64,000 bases of DNA from Escherichia coli (lineage in GTDB: Bacteria > Pseudomonadota > Gammaproteobacteria > Enterobacterales > Enterobacteriaceae), in the NCBI RefSeq assembly GCF_003334305.1, contig NZ_QOWS01000007.1. One strand, 5' to 3'. Shown one piece after another: positions 24,605 to 34,959 of the stretch; position 1 is the first letter of the stretch, and every line of letters starts with the position of its first letter. The notes beneath the pieces were generated by a model that saw only the letters and a list, made by a program, of their open reading frames with translations, did not search any database and was not told the origin of the DNA. Position numbers and translations under genes: made by a program.

Positions 24605-24908
24605 TGCGGCCCTTTCCGCCGTCTCGCAAGCGGGCGCTGGCTTAAGGAAAGGATGTTCCGCGACCGTTAGAGCAAGCGCGTCTCAGCGCTTGCTATCGCG
24701 GCAATATCGCCAGTGGTGCTGTCGTGATGCGGTCTTCGCATGGACCGCACAATGAAGATACGGTGCTTCTGTATCGTACTTATTGTTTCTGGTGCGCTGT
24801 TTTCCCAAGTAAATAATAACCGGAGTCTCTCCGGCGACAATTTACTGGTGGTTAACAACCTTCAGAGCAGCAAGTAAGCCCGAATGCCGCCCTTTGGGGC
24901 GGCATATT
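24605..24908 (+). ncRNA. ryfA: RyfA small RNA locus; 5' boundary approximate
   Basis: About 490-bp gap between sseA and sseB with no long ORF; plus-strand terminator at 24886-24910; ryfA placement here is from memory. Confidence 0.45.
24752..24877 (+). CDS. candidate small hydrophobic protein (41 aa) inside ryfA; possible alternative start at 24740 (45 aa)
   Basis: ATG...TAA ORF MKIRCFCIVLIVSGALFSQVNNNRSLSGDNLLVVNNLQSSK ending 8 nt before the terminator hairpin; only a weak SD (GGA). Confidence 0.3.
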   Translation: MKIRCFCIVLIVSGALFSQVNNNRSLSGDNLLVVNNLQSSK

Positions 24909-24910
24909 TT
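24886..24910 (+). terminator. rho-independent terminator at the 3' end of ryfA, overlapping the sseB stop
   Basis: gccgccctttggggcggc hairpin followed by atatttt. Confidence 0.6.
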
Positions 24911-25685
24911 AGATTATCCGATTCTGTTTAAAGTCACGCAAAAAACCACCCCAGCGACGTTCATAGAATGGCACAATATGTTCGGTAATAAAGTGGCTAA
25001 TTCCTTTTTCCCCTTTTTTCACCTGACAAATATCGATTGGTTCATCGCCAGGTAATGTATCGGTCGCTACACTTCCCGTCGCCTGAATAATTTCTTCGAT
25101 ATCACCATCGGCTTCAATGCCAATAAGTAAATTAGGCTGTGCCTCTTCGTTCTCTTTAATTGAACAAATAAAAGCACGCTTCACCGGCTTAATGGTTTTA
25201 AATAAGGTGGTGAGTGAATCAATCATTTGTGCTGGCGGCTCTGCGACTTCCGATAATATCAGCGATTCACCGCCTTCCAGGATTTCCTGGCTGCTCAGCG
25301 GATTTCCCTCTTCACCAATCAACAAACTGATTTCACGCGGCATAAATTCTTTACCGGTCGGCAGTTTGGCATTAAGGAAGAGCGTTTCGCCAAGGGTCAT
25401 CTCAAACAATGTGCGAACGGGCATTACGACAAATGCCTGTTCGTCTTCAACCGCCTGTTGAAGCGCTTCTAACGAGGTGAAAAAAGGAATGACGCTGGTG
25501 CCGTCTTCTTTTTCCCAGTGCTGTAAATCAAGCGCACTATCTTCAACCACAGCCTCGCCCTGCGCCGCCGTACCAGGCACCCAGACGGTGGATTCCAGTA
25601 GAGTACGGAAAAAGGCCGGGCGGTGCGCCGGTTCAGTTGCTGCTTTTTCCAGCAGGTCTTCAAGTTCGTTTTTTGTTTCGGACAT
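24909..25685 (-). CDS. sseB: SseB, 258 aa
   Basis: Start taken at MSETKNELEDLL (cat at 25683-25685). Confidence 0.85.
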   Translation of the reverse strand: MSETKNELEDLLEKAATEPAHRPAFFRTLLESTVWVPGTAAQGEAVVEDSALDLQHWEKEDGTSVIPFFTSLEALQQAVEDEQAFVVMPVRTLFEMTLGETLFLNAKLPTGKEFMPREISLLIGEEGNPLSSQEILEGGESLILSEVAEPPAQMIDSLTTLFKTIKPVKRAFICSIKENEEAQPNLLIGIEADGDIEEIIQATGSVATDTLPGDEPIDICQVKKGEKGISHFITEHIVPFYERRWGGFLRDFKQNRII

Positions 25686-25719
25686 AAGAACCACAATTCA
25701 TTCAACGTTCGGGGCGCAA

Positions 25720-25820
25720 ATGCCTGATGCGCTACGCTTATCAGGCCTACAAGGGATTCGCAATTTGTTGAATTTGCAGAATTTGTAGGCCGGATAAGGC
25801 GTTTACACCGCATCCGGCAT
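25720..25820. repeat. two REP units in inverted orientation (BIME-like) between sseB and pepB
   Basis: gcctgatgcgctacgcttatcaggcctac ... gtaggccggataaggcgtttacaccgcatccggca. Confidence 0.7.
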
Positions 25821-25826
25821 ATTAGT

Positions 25827-27110
25827 TTACGCCGTTAACAGATTAGCTATCGTGCGCACACCAAGTCCCGTAGCGCCCGCAGACCACTGTTCAACCGGCG
25901 CTTTACGGTAAGTCGCCGAGCAGTCGATATGCAGCCAGCCTTGCTGATAGTTCTCAACAAAGTGCGACAGGAAGCCCGCCGCCGTGCTCGCGCCTGCCGG
26001 ATACGCCGCGCTTCCGGTATTGTTCAGTTCGGCAAAGTTAGACGGCAGCTGGCTGCGGTGGAACTCCGCCAGCGGCAGACGCCAGAATGGTTCGTTCTCT
26101 TGTGAGGCACTCGCCAGCAAACGACCGGCAAGCGCATCGTCAAAACTGAACAGCGCGTGATAATCATTACCCAGCGCAGTTTTCGCCGCCCCGGTGAGGG
26201 TCGCCGCATCAATGATCATTTCCGGTTTCTGCGCACTGGCATCAATCAGACCATCGGCAAGCACCAGACGCCCTTCGGCATCAGTGTTCATCACTTCAAC
26301 TTTTTTACCGTTGCGATAGGTGATGATATCGCCCAGCTTGAACGCATTGCCGCTAATCAGGTTATCCGCACAGCAGAGGAACAGCTTCACGCGCTTGTTC
26401 AGTCCGCGCGTAATGGCAAATGCCAGCGCCCCGGTAACCGTTGCCGCGCCGCCCATGTCCGACTTCATCGAGTCCATAAACGCAGTCTGTTTGATGCTGT
26501 AGCCGCCGGAGTCAAAAGTGATACCTTTACCTACCAGGCACGCGTACACCGGTGCTTCTTTATCGCCAGTTGGGTTGTAATCCAGCGCCAGCAATACCGG
26601 AGAACGTTCTGAACCGCGCCCGACGGTGTGCAGCCCCATATAACCTTGCTCACGCAGATCTTCGCCTTTGGTGATCCGATAAGTCACACGATCGCCCGCG
26701 ACGTTGCTGATCAGATCAACAGCACGCTGTGCCAGTTGCGATGGTCCCAATTCTTCTGCCGGTGCGTTGATGGTGTCACGCACCCAGTCGATGATCATCA
26801 GGCGGTTATCCAGTTCCTGGCGCTGGGCATCGTCCAGATCCGGCCACTCCACTTTACGCGTGCCTTTCGGGGCTTTGTAACCTTGCCAGAATGCCCAGCA
26901 GCGATCCGCATCCCAGCCTTCACCGCTTAACTGAACATGCTTGATGCCCAGACCGTCAATCTTGCGCGCCGCACGCTGGATCAGCCCCAGATCGTCTGCC
27001 CCGTTCAAATGCAGGGTAATGCCGTCATTATTAATGCTGTAAGTTGCTTTTTCTCCCCAGCGCGCGTCGGCAGGTTGGGTAGAGAGGGTAATCTTCATCG
27101 CTTCTGTCAT
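25827..27110 (-). CDS. pepB: peptidase B (M17 aminopeptidase), 427 aa
   Basis: Start at [18 protein letters not shown] (track ORF is a 29-codon extension); NTDAEGRL motif. Confidence 0.93.
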   Translation of the reverse strand: MTEAMKITLSTQPADARWGEKATYSINNDGITLHLNGADDLGLIQRAARKIDGLGIKHVQLSGEGWDADRCWAFWQGYKAPKGTRKVEWPDLDDAQRQELDNRLMIIDWVRDTINAPAEELGPSQLAQRAVDLISNVAGDRVTYRITKGEDLREQGYMGLHTVGRGSERSPVLLALDYNPTGDKEAPVYACLVGKGITFDSGGYSIKQTAFMDSMKSDMGGAATVTGALAFAITRGLNKRVKLFLCCADNLISGNAFKLGDIITYRNGKKVEVMNTDAEGRLVLADGLIDASAQKPEMIIDAATLTGAAKTALGNDYHALFSFDDALAGRLLASASQENEPFWRLPLAEFHRSQLPSNFAELNNTGSAAYPAGASTAAGFLSHFVENYQQGWLHIDCSATYRKAPVEQWSAGATGLGVRTIANLLTA

Positions 27111-27287
27111 TTTAGTTATCCTTCTTTGTAAAAGGGCCGCCAGTTGGCAGCCCCAGGATTTTTCCGCTAAATGATTCGCGTTGCAGGAAGGCGGCAAGTG
27201 AGTGAAGCCCCAGGAGCATAGATAACTATGTGACTGGGGTGAACGAGCGCAGCCAACGCATCTGCGGCGTGAAGCATGACGCGGAAA

Positions 27288-27488
27288 TTATTCGGCCTCG
27301 TCCAGCCAGACTAACAAAATCGCTTCGAGGATTTTCTCGTTGGATGCCTGCGGGTCGTCGTCGAAATCTTCCAGATCGCAAATCCACTGATGCATATCGG
27401 TGAATCGAACCGTTTTCGGATCAAGATCGGGATACGCATCGTACAGTGCTTCGCCAATTTCGCGGCTATCGGTCCATTTAAGTCCCAT
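27288..27488 (-). CDS. iscX: IscX (YfhJ), 66 aa
   Basis: [24 protein letters not shown]; last gene of the isc cluster. Confidence 0.9.
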
Positions 27489-27499
27489 ACTAACCTCTG

Positions 27500-27835
27500 T
27501 TAATGCTCACGCGCATGGTTGATAGTGTAACGCGGGATTTCGACCACTAAATCTTCGTCGGTGACGCGCGCCTGGCAGCTTAAACGGCTTTCCGGCTCCA
27601 GTCCCCAGGCTTTGTCCAGCATGTCGTCTTCCTGCTCTGAGCTTTCCGGCAGCGAGTCAAAACCTTCACGAACGATGCAGTGGCAGGTGGTGCAAGCACA
27701 GGATTTTTCACAGGCGTGTTCAATCTCGATACCGTTACGCAGAGCTGCGTCGAGAATGGTTTCACCGCTATTAGCTTCCAGAACAGCGCCATCAGGACAG
27801 AGATCCTGATGAGGCAAAATAACAATCTTTGGCAT
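27500..27835 (-). CDS. fdx: [2Fe-2S] ferredoxin, 111 aa
   Basis: Cys ligands in ...[12 protein letters not shown]... and ...LSCQARV. Confidence 0.95.
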
Positions 27836-27836
27836 A

Positions 27837-29687
27837 TTAAACCTCGTCCACGGAATGGCCTTTCAGCGCACGACGAACCGACTGGTCCATGCGGCGAGCG
27901 GCGAAATCCTGGGTTTGTTTGTCTACGTTTTTAATCGCTTGTTCGATGGCGTCAACGTCATCGCCCTGCGCCACTTCACTCAGGTGAGCGGCAGCATCGT
28001 CAATGACCTGACGTTCTGCGGCGCTTAACAGCGCGGCATCAGCAGCCAGCGCGCCGTGCAGACTTTCCAGCACACGCGCCGCTTCTACTTTTTGTTCTGC
28101 CAGCATTCGGGCTTTTACGTCCTGCTCGGCATAGCTCATTGAGTCTTTGATCATCGAAGCGATTTCGCTATCGGTCAGACCGTAAGACGGTTTGACCTGA
28201 ATAGACGCCTCAACGCCGGTGGATTTCTCCATCGCCGTCACGCTCAAAAGACCGTCGGCATCGACCTGGAACGTCACGCGAATATGCGCACCGCCAGCCG
28301 GTAGCGCCGGAATACCACGCAGCGCAAAACGCGCCAGTGAGCGGCAGTCCTGCACCAGTTCGCGCTCACCCTGCATTACATGGATAGACATCGCCGTCTG
28401 ACCATCTTTAAAGGTGGTGAAATCCTGAGCGCGGGCCACCGGAATAGTGGTATTACGCGGAATCACTTTCTCCACCAGGCCGCCCATCGTTTCGAGGCCC
28501 AGCGACAGTGGGATCACATCAAGCAGCAGCATTTCGCTGTCTGGCTTGTTACCCACCAGAATATCCGCCTGAATCGCCGCGCCAATAGCGACGACTTTAT
28601 CCGGGTCGATGGAAGTCAGCGGTGGACGACCGAAAAATTCGCCTACCCGTTCACGCACCAGCGGCACGCGAGTAGAACCGCCAACCATCACCACTTCCAG
28701 CACTTCATCAGCTTCTACGCCCGCGTCTTTCAGCGCGCGACGACAAGCCAGTAAGGTTCGTTTTACCAGTGGCGCGATCAGTTCATTGAATTGTTCACGG
28801 CTGATTTCGCCCTGCCAGCCCGCAACGTTAACGGTCACGGAGTCCGCATCGCTCAGGGCGATTTTGGCCGCAATGGCGGCATCCAGCAGTTCACGCTGAA
28901 CGCGGTTATCGCTACGATCAGGAATGCCCGCCTGTTCGCGAATGTAATCCGCCAGTAGATGGTCGAAATCATCGCCGCCGAGCGCGGAATCACCGCCGGT
29001 TGCCAGCACTTCAAACACGCCGCGACTTAAGCGCAGAATGGAAATATCAAACGTCCCGCCACCGAGGTCATAAACAGCGATCACGCCTTCCTGACCGGAA
29101 TCCAGCCCGTAGGCGATAGCCGCAGCGGTCGGTTCGTTAAGTAAGCGCAGGACGTGAAGGCCCGCCAGACGCGCCGCGTCTTTGGTGCCCTGACGCTGGG
29201 CATCGTCAAAGTACGCCGGAACGGTGATAACTACACCATCCAGCTCGCCTGCCAGGGCTTCAGTTGCCCGCGCCGCCAGTGCTTTGAGGATGTCCGCAGA
29301 AACGCGCACCGGGTTCAGCAGCCCCGCCGCCGTTTCAATCATCGGCAGGCCGTTTTCGCTGGCCTGGAATTGATAAGGCAGATGCGGATAGCGTTGCTGG
29401 ATATCAGCCAGCGAGCGCCCCATCAGGCGTTTAACAGAACTAATGGTGTTGGCGGTGTCAAGCGCTGCGTTAGTACGCGCGTCATAACCCACCGAATGCC
29501 CTTGCTGTTGATAGTGAACAACAGATGGCAGCAGGTGACGGCCTTCATGGTCGGCTAACGTTTCGGCCTGACCGCTGCGCACTGTCGCCACCAGCGAGTT
29601 GGTTGTGCCCAGGTCAATACCAGCCGCCAGACGACGCTGATGCGGCGCAGCACTCAAACCAGGTTCACTAATTTGTAATAAGGCCAT
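27837..29687 (-). CDS. hscA: Fe-S cluster assembly chaperone HscA (Hsp70 family), 616 aa
   Basis: Start at [10 protein letters not shown] (track ORF is an 18-codon extension); Hsp70 motifs [17 protein letters not shown]. Confidence 0.95.
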
Positions 29688-29703
29688 GTTTAGCTTCCAG
29701 AAA

Positions 29704-30219
29704 TTAAAAATCGAGCAGTTTTTCTTCGAGTTGTTCGGCACTGCTCCGCAGTTTATCGAGAAAACGCAGCTTACGCACGGTATCCGCCGCCGCGTCCCAC
29801 GCCTCGTTGTCTAACTGTTCAACCATCAACTGATGGCGGGTATCAAACATCTTTTTCACACGTTTGATAAAGCTTTCCAGCCGCGCTTCATCTTTCGCCT
29901 GTTCGATCTCGTCCAGCTCTTCGCGCAGCTCCAACTGTTCCATCAGGAACGCGGTGTCGCGCACAGTATGCTGCTCGCTGGCGAGATCAAAACCGTGTAA
30001 AGAAAGCAAATATTCCGCGCGCATTAACGGATGACGCAGCGTTTGCCAGGCCTGGTTAATGGTTGCAGATTGCTGTACGGCGGCGAGTTGTTCCGCCTGG
30101 CTTCCGCTGGCGAATTTATCAGGATGATACTGACGTTGTAGATCCTGAAAACGCAGGCTCAGCGCCTGGGTATCGAGTTGATAACGGGCAGGCAAGCCAA
30201 AGAGGGTGAAGTAATCCAT
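29704..30219 (-). CDS. hscB: co-chaperone HscB (J-domain), 171 aa
   Basis: J-domain with HPD motif (...QYHPDKF...). Confidence 0.95.
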
Positions 30220-30314
30220 AACATTCTCAGGGCTGCGATCCGCCGCGATAACGGCGAATCAGGTAAAACAAACCCCACGCGCAGGCGACCACGGTGGGGT
30301 TATCGGTATGCGCA

Positions 30315-30638
30315 TCAAACGTGGAAGCTTTCGCCGCAACCACACTCATCTTTAACGTTCGGGTTGGTGAATTTAAACCCTTCATTCAGGCCTTCTTTTA
30401 CGAAGTCCAGCTGCGTACCGTCCAGAAATTGCAGGCTTTTGCCATCGACCACGACTTTCACGCCTTTGTCTTCAAACACGATGTCTTCCGGCGTCGGTTC
30501 GTCAACAAATTCCAGTACATAAGCCATACCTGAACATCCGGAGGTTCTCACGCCCAGACGCAGGCCAAACCCTTTGCCGCGGTTAGCCAGAAAGGTATTT
30601 ACTCGCGCTGCTGCACTGTCGCTCAGTGTAATCGACAT
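30315..30638 (-). CDS. iscA: Fe-S carrier IscA, 107 aa
   Basis: Start at [14 protein letters not shown]-terminal CGCGESF. Confidence 0.95.
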   Translation of the reverse strand: MSITLSDSAAARVNTFLANRGKGFGLRLGVRTSGCSGMAYVLEFVDEPTPEDIVFEDKGVKVVVDGKSLQFLDGTQLDFVKEGLNEGFKFTNPNVKDECGCGESFHV

Positions 30639-30654
30639 AACCAAACCTCAACTC

Positions 30655-31041
30655 TTATTTTGCTTCACGTTTGCTTTTATAGTCCGCAATGGCGGCTTTG
30701 ATCGCGTCTTCTGCCAGAATAGAACAGTGAATTTTCACCGGCGGCAGTTCAAGTTCTTCAGCAATATCGGTGTTTTTGATCGCCTGCGCTTCGTCGAGAG
30801 ACTTCCCTTTCACCCATTCGGTGACCAGGGAGCTGGAAGCGATAGCAGAACCGCAGCCGTAAGTTTTAAAACGCGCGTCTTCAATGATACCTTCATCGTT
30901 GACTTTAATCTGCAACTTCATCACGTCGCCACAGGCCGGTGCCCCCACCATGCCGCTGCCGACGTTCTCGTCGTTGTTGTCAAAGGAACCCACGTTACGC
31001 GGATTCTCGTAATGGTCGATAACTTTTTCGCTGTAAGCCAT
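30655..31041 (-). CDS. iscU: Fe-S scaffold IscU, 128 aa
   Basis: MAYSEKVIDHYENPRNVG...; Cys ligands in GAPACGD, YGCGSA and HCSILA. Confidence 0.97.
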   Translation of the reverse strand: MAYSEKVIDHYENPRNVGSFDNNDENVGSGMVGAPACGDVMKLQIKVNDEGIIEDARFKTYGCGSAIASSSLVTEWVKGKSLDEAQAIKNTDIAEELELPPVKIHCSILAEDAIKAAIADYKSKREAK

Positions 31042-31068
31042 TATAAATTCTCCTGATTCCGATACCGA

Positions 31069-32283
31069 TTAATGATGAGCCCATTCGATGCTGTTCAGAT
31101 CCACGCCCTGCTTGTACATTTCCCACAGCGGAGAAAGGTCACGCAGACGACCGATGGATTTACGAACTAACTCGATGGTGTAGTCGATCTCTTCTTCAGT
31201 AGTAAAACGACCTAAAGAGAAACGGATAGAGCTATGTGCCAGCTCGTCGTTCAGCCCCAGCGCGCGCAGCACGTAGGACGGTTCGAGGCTTGCTGACGTA
31301 CAGGCGGAACCTGAAGAAACTGCGAGGTCTTTCAGCGCCATAATCAGCGACTCACCTTCAACGTAGTTGAAGCTGACGTTGAGAATGTTCGGCGCACCGT
31401 GTTCCAGGTCACCGTTCAGGTAAACTTCTTCGATATCTTTGATGCCGTTCCACAGACGGTTACGCAGGCCGCGCAGACGTTCCATCTCGGTCGCCATCTC
31501 TTCTTTTGCGATGCGATAGGCCTCGCCCATTCCGACGATCTGGTGAACAGGCAGAGTGCCGGAACGCATACCGCGCTCGTGACCGCCGCCGTGCATTTGC
31601 GCTTCGATGCGTACGCGCGGTTTACGACGTACATACAGCGCACCGATACCTTTCGGGCCATAGATTTTGTGACCGGAGAAAGACATCAGGTCAACTTTCA
31701 ACTGGCTCAGGTCGATAGGCAGTTTACCCACGCTCTGGGTTGCATCAACGTGATAGATAATGCCACGAGCACGGCACATTTCGCCGATAGCCGCGATATC
31801 CTGCACCACGCCGATTTCGTTATTTACGTGCATGATGGAAACAAGGATGGTGTCGTCACGCATCGCTGCTTCAAGTTCTTTCAGGTCGATAATGCCGTTA
31901 CGCTGCGGTGCCAGGTAGGTGACTTCAAAACCTTCGCGCTCCAGCTGACGGCAGGTATCCAGTACCGCTTTGTGTTCGGTTTTGCTGGTGATGATGTGCT
32001 TGCCTTTTTTCTGATAAAAGTTGGCTGCACCTTTGATCGCCAGGTTGTCAGATTCGGTTGCACCAGAGGTAAAGACGATTTCACGCGGATCAGCGCCGAC
32101 CAGATCGGCAATCTGATTACGGGCGATATCTACCGCTTCTTCAGCCTGCCAGCCGAAACGGTGAGAACGAGAGGCCGGGTTACCAAAGGTTCCGTCCATC
32201 GTCATGAACTGCATCATTTTCTCGGCAACACGCGGGTCCACCGGCGTGGTTGCGGAGTAGTCGAGATAAATCGGTAATTTCAT
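31069..32283 (-). CDS. iscS: cysteine desulfurase IscS, 404 aa
   Basis: Start at [19 protein letters not shown]-lysine motif [12 protein letters not shown]; active-site SSGSACTS. Confidence 0.97.
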
Positions 32284-32394
32284 TGCTCTATAAACTCCGT
32301 ACATCACTCAATGCAAGGAATCAGGCTACCGGCTGGATGTACGACCGTGTTTACGGAGTATTTAGCACTCCGGCCTGATTCTGAATTCTTTTTA

Positions 32395-32883
32395 TTAAGC
32401 GCGTAACTTAACGTCGATCGCGTCTTGTGTGCGGGTGCGTGGCGCGTCGTGAGTATGCTGACGACCAGACACATCCAGCACTTCCTGGTTATTAACCAGT
32501 TCGCCTAAAGTAATGTTGTTGAGAAAACCGGTGAGACGGTCGCTCAAATCACGCCACAGCGCGTGGGTCAGGCATTTATCGCCGCCCTGGCAGCCGCCTT
32601 TACCCTGACAACGGGTGGCATCTACAGATTCGTCAACGGCGCTAATCACTTCGCCAACGGCGATGCTGCTGGCATCTTTGCCTAACAGATAACCACCGCC
32701 TGGTCCACGTACGCTGGAAACCAGACCATTTTTACGCAGACGGGAAAACAGTTGTTCCAGATAAGAAAGGGAAATTCCCTGACGTTCGGAAATATCAGCC
32801 AACGGTACCGGGCCCGCTTCAGAGTTGAGCGCAACGTCAAGCATTGCGGTCACGGCATAGCGCCCTTTAGATGTCAGTCTCAT
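32395..32883 (-). CDS. iscR: Fe-S-responsive transcriptional regulator IscR (Rrf2 family), 162 aa
   Basis: [20 protein letters not shown]...; Cys ligands in [13 protein letters not shown]. Confidence 0.95.
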
Positions 32884-32959
32884 GTCTTACTTCACCTCAA
32901 ACTCGCCCCTGCCCGGGGTTTTTTATTGTAAAAGTGGGGGTATTGCATAGCAGGGTCAA

Positions 32960-33020
32960 GTCTGACATTCCCGAGTAAATTGGTCAACTATTTACTTGAC
33001 TGATTTAGTCGGGTATTTAA
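32960..33020 (-). promoter_or_regulatory. isc operon promoter region with candidate IscR operators; coordinates approximate
   Basis: Partially palindromic tracts cccgagtaaattggtcaactattt and tttacttgactgatttagtcgggtat upstream of iscR; site identity is from memory. Confidence 0.35.
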
Positions 33021-33054
33021 CCTTCAGTGCCATTTTTTTATCGTGGCGTTTGTA

Positions 33055-33148
33055 CCTGTTGTCGGATGCGGTGTGAACACCTTATCCGACCTACGGTTCT
33101 GTACATTGTAGGCCTGATAAGACGCGTTAAGCGTCGCATCAGGCAACT
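33055..33148. repeat. pair of REP units upstream of iscR / downstream of trmJ
   Basis: tgtcggatgcggtgtgaacaccttatccgacctac ... gtaggcctgataagacgcgttaagcgtcgcatcaggcaa. Confidence 0.7.
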
Positions 33149-33152
33149 ACTG

Positions 33153-33893
33153 TTATTCGGCCTTGTTACCTTTATTCTGCTGCTCAATAGAAGCCAGAAT
33201 CCCGCGCAGGATATTCAATTCCTGGCTTTCCGGGCGCGCACGGGTAAACAGACGGCGCAATTTATTCATCACCTGCCCCGGATGGTTTTCACGGATAAAA
33301 CCGGTTGCCAGCAGCGTTTGTTCCAGATGACCATAAAAACGCTCCAGATCATCGACCAGCGGATACGGCGTCTCTTCATGCTCGACCTGCTCGCCGTTTT
33401 CCTGAGTTGCCAGCCAGGCCATGCGCACTTCATAGGCAATAACCTGAACCGCCATCGCCAGGTTCAGCGAGCTGTATTCCGGGTTAGCCGCAATCGCGAC
33501 ATGATAATGGCATTTCTGCAACTCTTCATTGGTCAAGCCGACGCGCTCGCGACCAAACACCAGCGCCACCGGGGTATTTGCCGCTTCAGCGACGCTTTTC
33601 AGGCCGCATTCGCGCGGGTCGAGCATCGGCCATGGCAGCGTGCGGGAGCGTGCGCTGGTGCCCACCACCAGGCTACAACCGGCTAACGCTTCGTCGAGCG
33701 TATCGACGATGTGAGCATTACCAATCACATCGCTGGCCCCTGCTGCCAGGGCAATCGCCTGGGAGTCGGGTTTCACCAGTGGATTAACCAGCCACAGATT
33801 GGTTAATCCCATTGTTTTCATGGCACGGGCAACAGAACCCATATTGCCGGTGTGTGACGTCTCCACCAGCACAATTCGAATATTTTGCAGCAT
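33153..33893 (-). CDS. trmJ: tRNA (Cm32/Um32) 2'-O-methyltransferase TrmJ (SpoU family), 246 aa
   Basis: [30 protein letters not shown]. Confidence 0.93.
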
Positions 33894-34011
33894 TGTCTTT
33901 CTTCATCTAAAGATTATTCACGCATCTTATCATAAAACGAAGACAGATGCCGATCTCGCTGCTATACTCTGCGCCGTTTTCCCGTTCTTTAACATCCAGT
34001 GAGAGAGACCG

Positions 34012-34815
34012 ATGCATCCGATGCTGAACATCGCCGTGCGCGCAGCGCGCAAGGCGGGTAATTTAATTGCCAAAAACTATGAAACCCCGGACGCTGTAGA
34101 AGCGAGCCAGAAAGGCAGTAACGATTTCGTGACCAACGTAGATAAAGCTGCCGAAGCGGTGATTATCGACACGATTCGTAAATCTTACCCACAGCACACC
34201 ATCATCACCGAAGAAAGCGGTGAACTTGAAGGTACTGATCAGGATGTTCAATGGGTTATCGATCCACTGGATGGTACTACCAACTTTATCAAACGTCTGC
34301 CGCACTTCGCGGTATCTATCGCCGTTCGTATCAAAGGCCGCACCGAAGTTGCTGTGGTATACGATCCTATGCGTAACGAACTGTTCACCGCCACTCGCGG
34401 TCAGGGCGCACAGCTGAACGGCTACCGTCTGCGCGGTAGCACCGCTCGCGATCTCGACGGTACCATTCTGGCGACCGGCTTCCCGTTCAAAGCAAAACAG
34501 TACGCCACTACCTACATCAACATCGTCGGCAAACTGTTCAACGAATGTGCAGACTTCCGTCGTACCGGTTCTGCGGCGCTGGATCTGGCTTACGTCGCTG
34601 CGGGTCGTGTTGACGGTTTCTTTGAAATCGGTCTGCGTCCGTGGGATTTCGCGGCAGGCGAGCTGCTGGTTCGTGAAGCGGGCGGCATCGTCAGCGACTT
34701 CACCGGTGGTCATAACTATATGCTGACCGGTAACATCGTTGCTGGTAACCCACGTGTTGTGAAAGCCATGCTGGCGAACATGCGTGACGAGTTAAGCGAC
34801 GCTCTGAAGCGTTAA
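34012..34815 (+). CDS. suhB: inositol monophosphatase family protein SuhB, 267 aa
   Basis: IMPase motifs WVIDPLDGT and ...AAGRVDGFFE...; divergent from trmJ. Confidence 0.95.
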   Translation: MHPMLNIAVRAARKAGNLIAKNYETPDAVEASQKGSNDFVTNVDKAAEAVIIDTIRKSYPQHTIITEESGELEGTDQDVQWVIDPLDGTTNFIKRLPHFAVSIAVRIKGRTEVAVVYDPMRNELFTATRGQGAQLNGYRLRGSTARDLDGTILATGFPFKAKQYATTYINIVGKLFNECADFRRTGSAALDLAYVAAGRVDGFFEIGLRPWDFAAGELLVREAGGIVSDFTGGHNYMLTGNIVAGNPRVVKAMLANMRDELSDALKR

Positions 34816-34959
34816 TGACTCAGGCGGGTGATGTCACTCACCCGCCCTCGCCTTTCAGGCGCTATTCTGAAATACTTCCTCACCGCTTTACTTTCTTTCG
34901 TCACTCTCCCACCATCTTTCCCCGATTAATGGATGATAAAGAAGTCGCAAGGAAAGGTT

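Noticed and set aside
24667-24858. 63-aa minus-strand ORF across the ryfA region
   Set aside because: Antisense to the terminator-bounded plus-strand transcript, no hydrophobic or otherwise recognisable features, no SD; the plus-strand 41-aa ORF is the better candidate.
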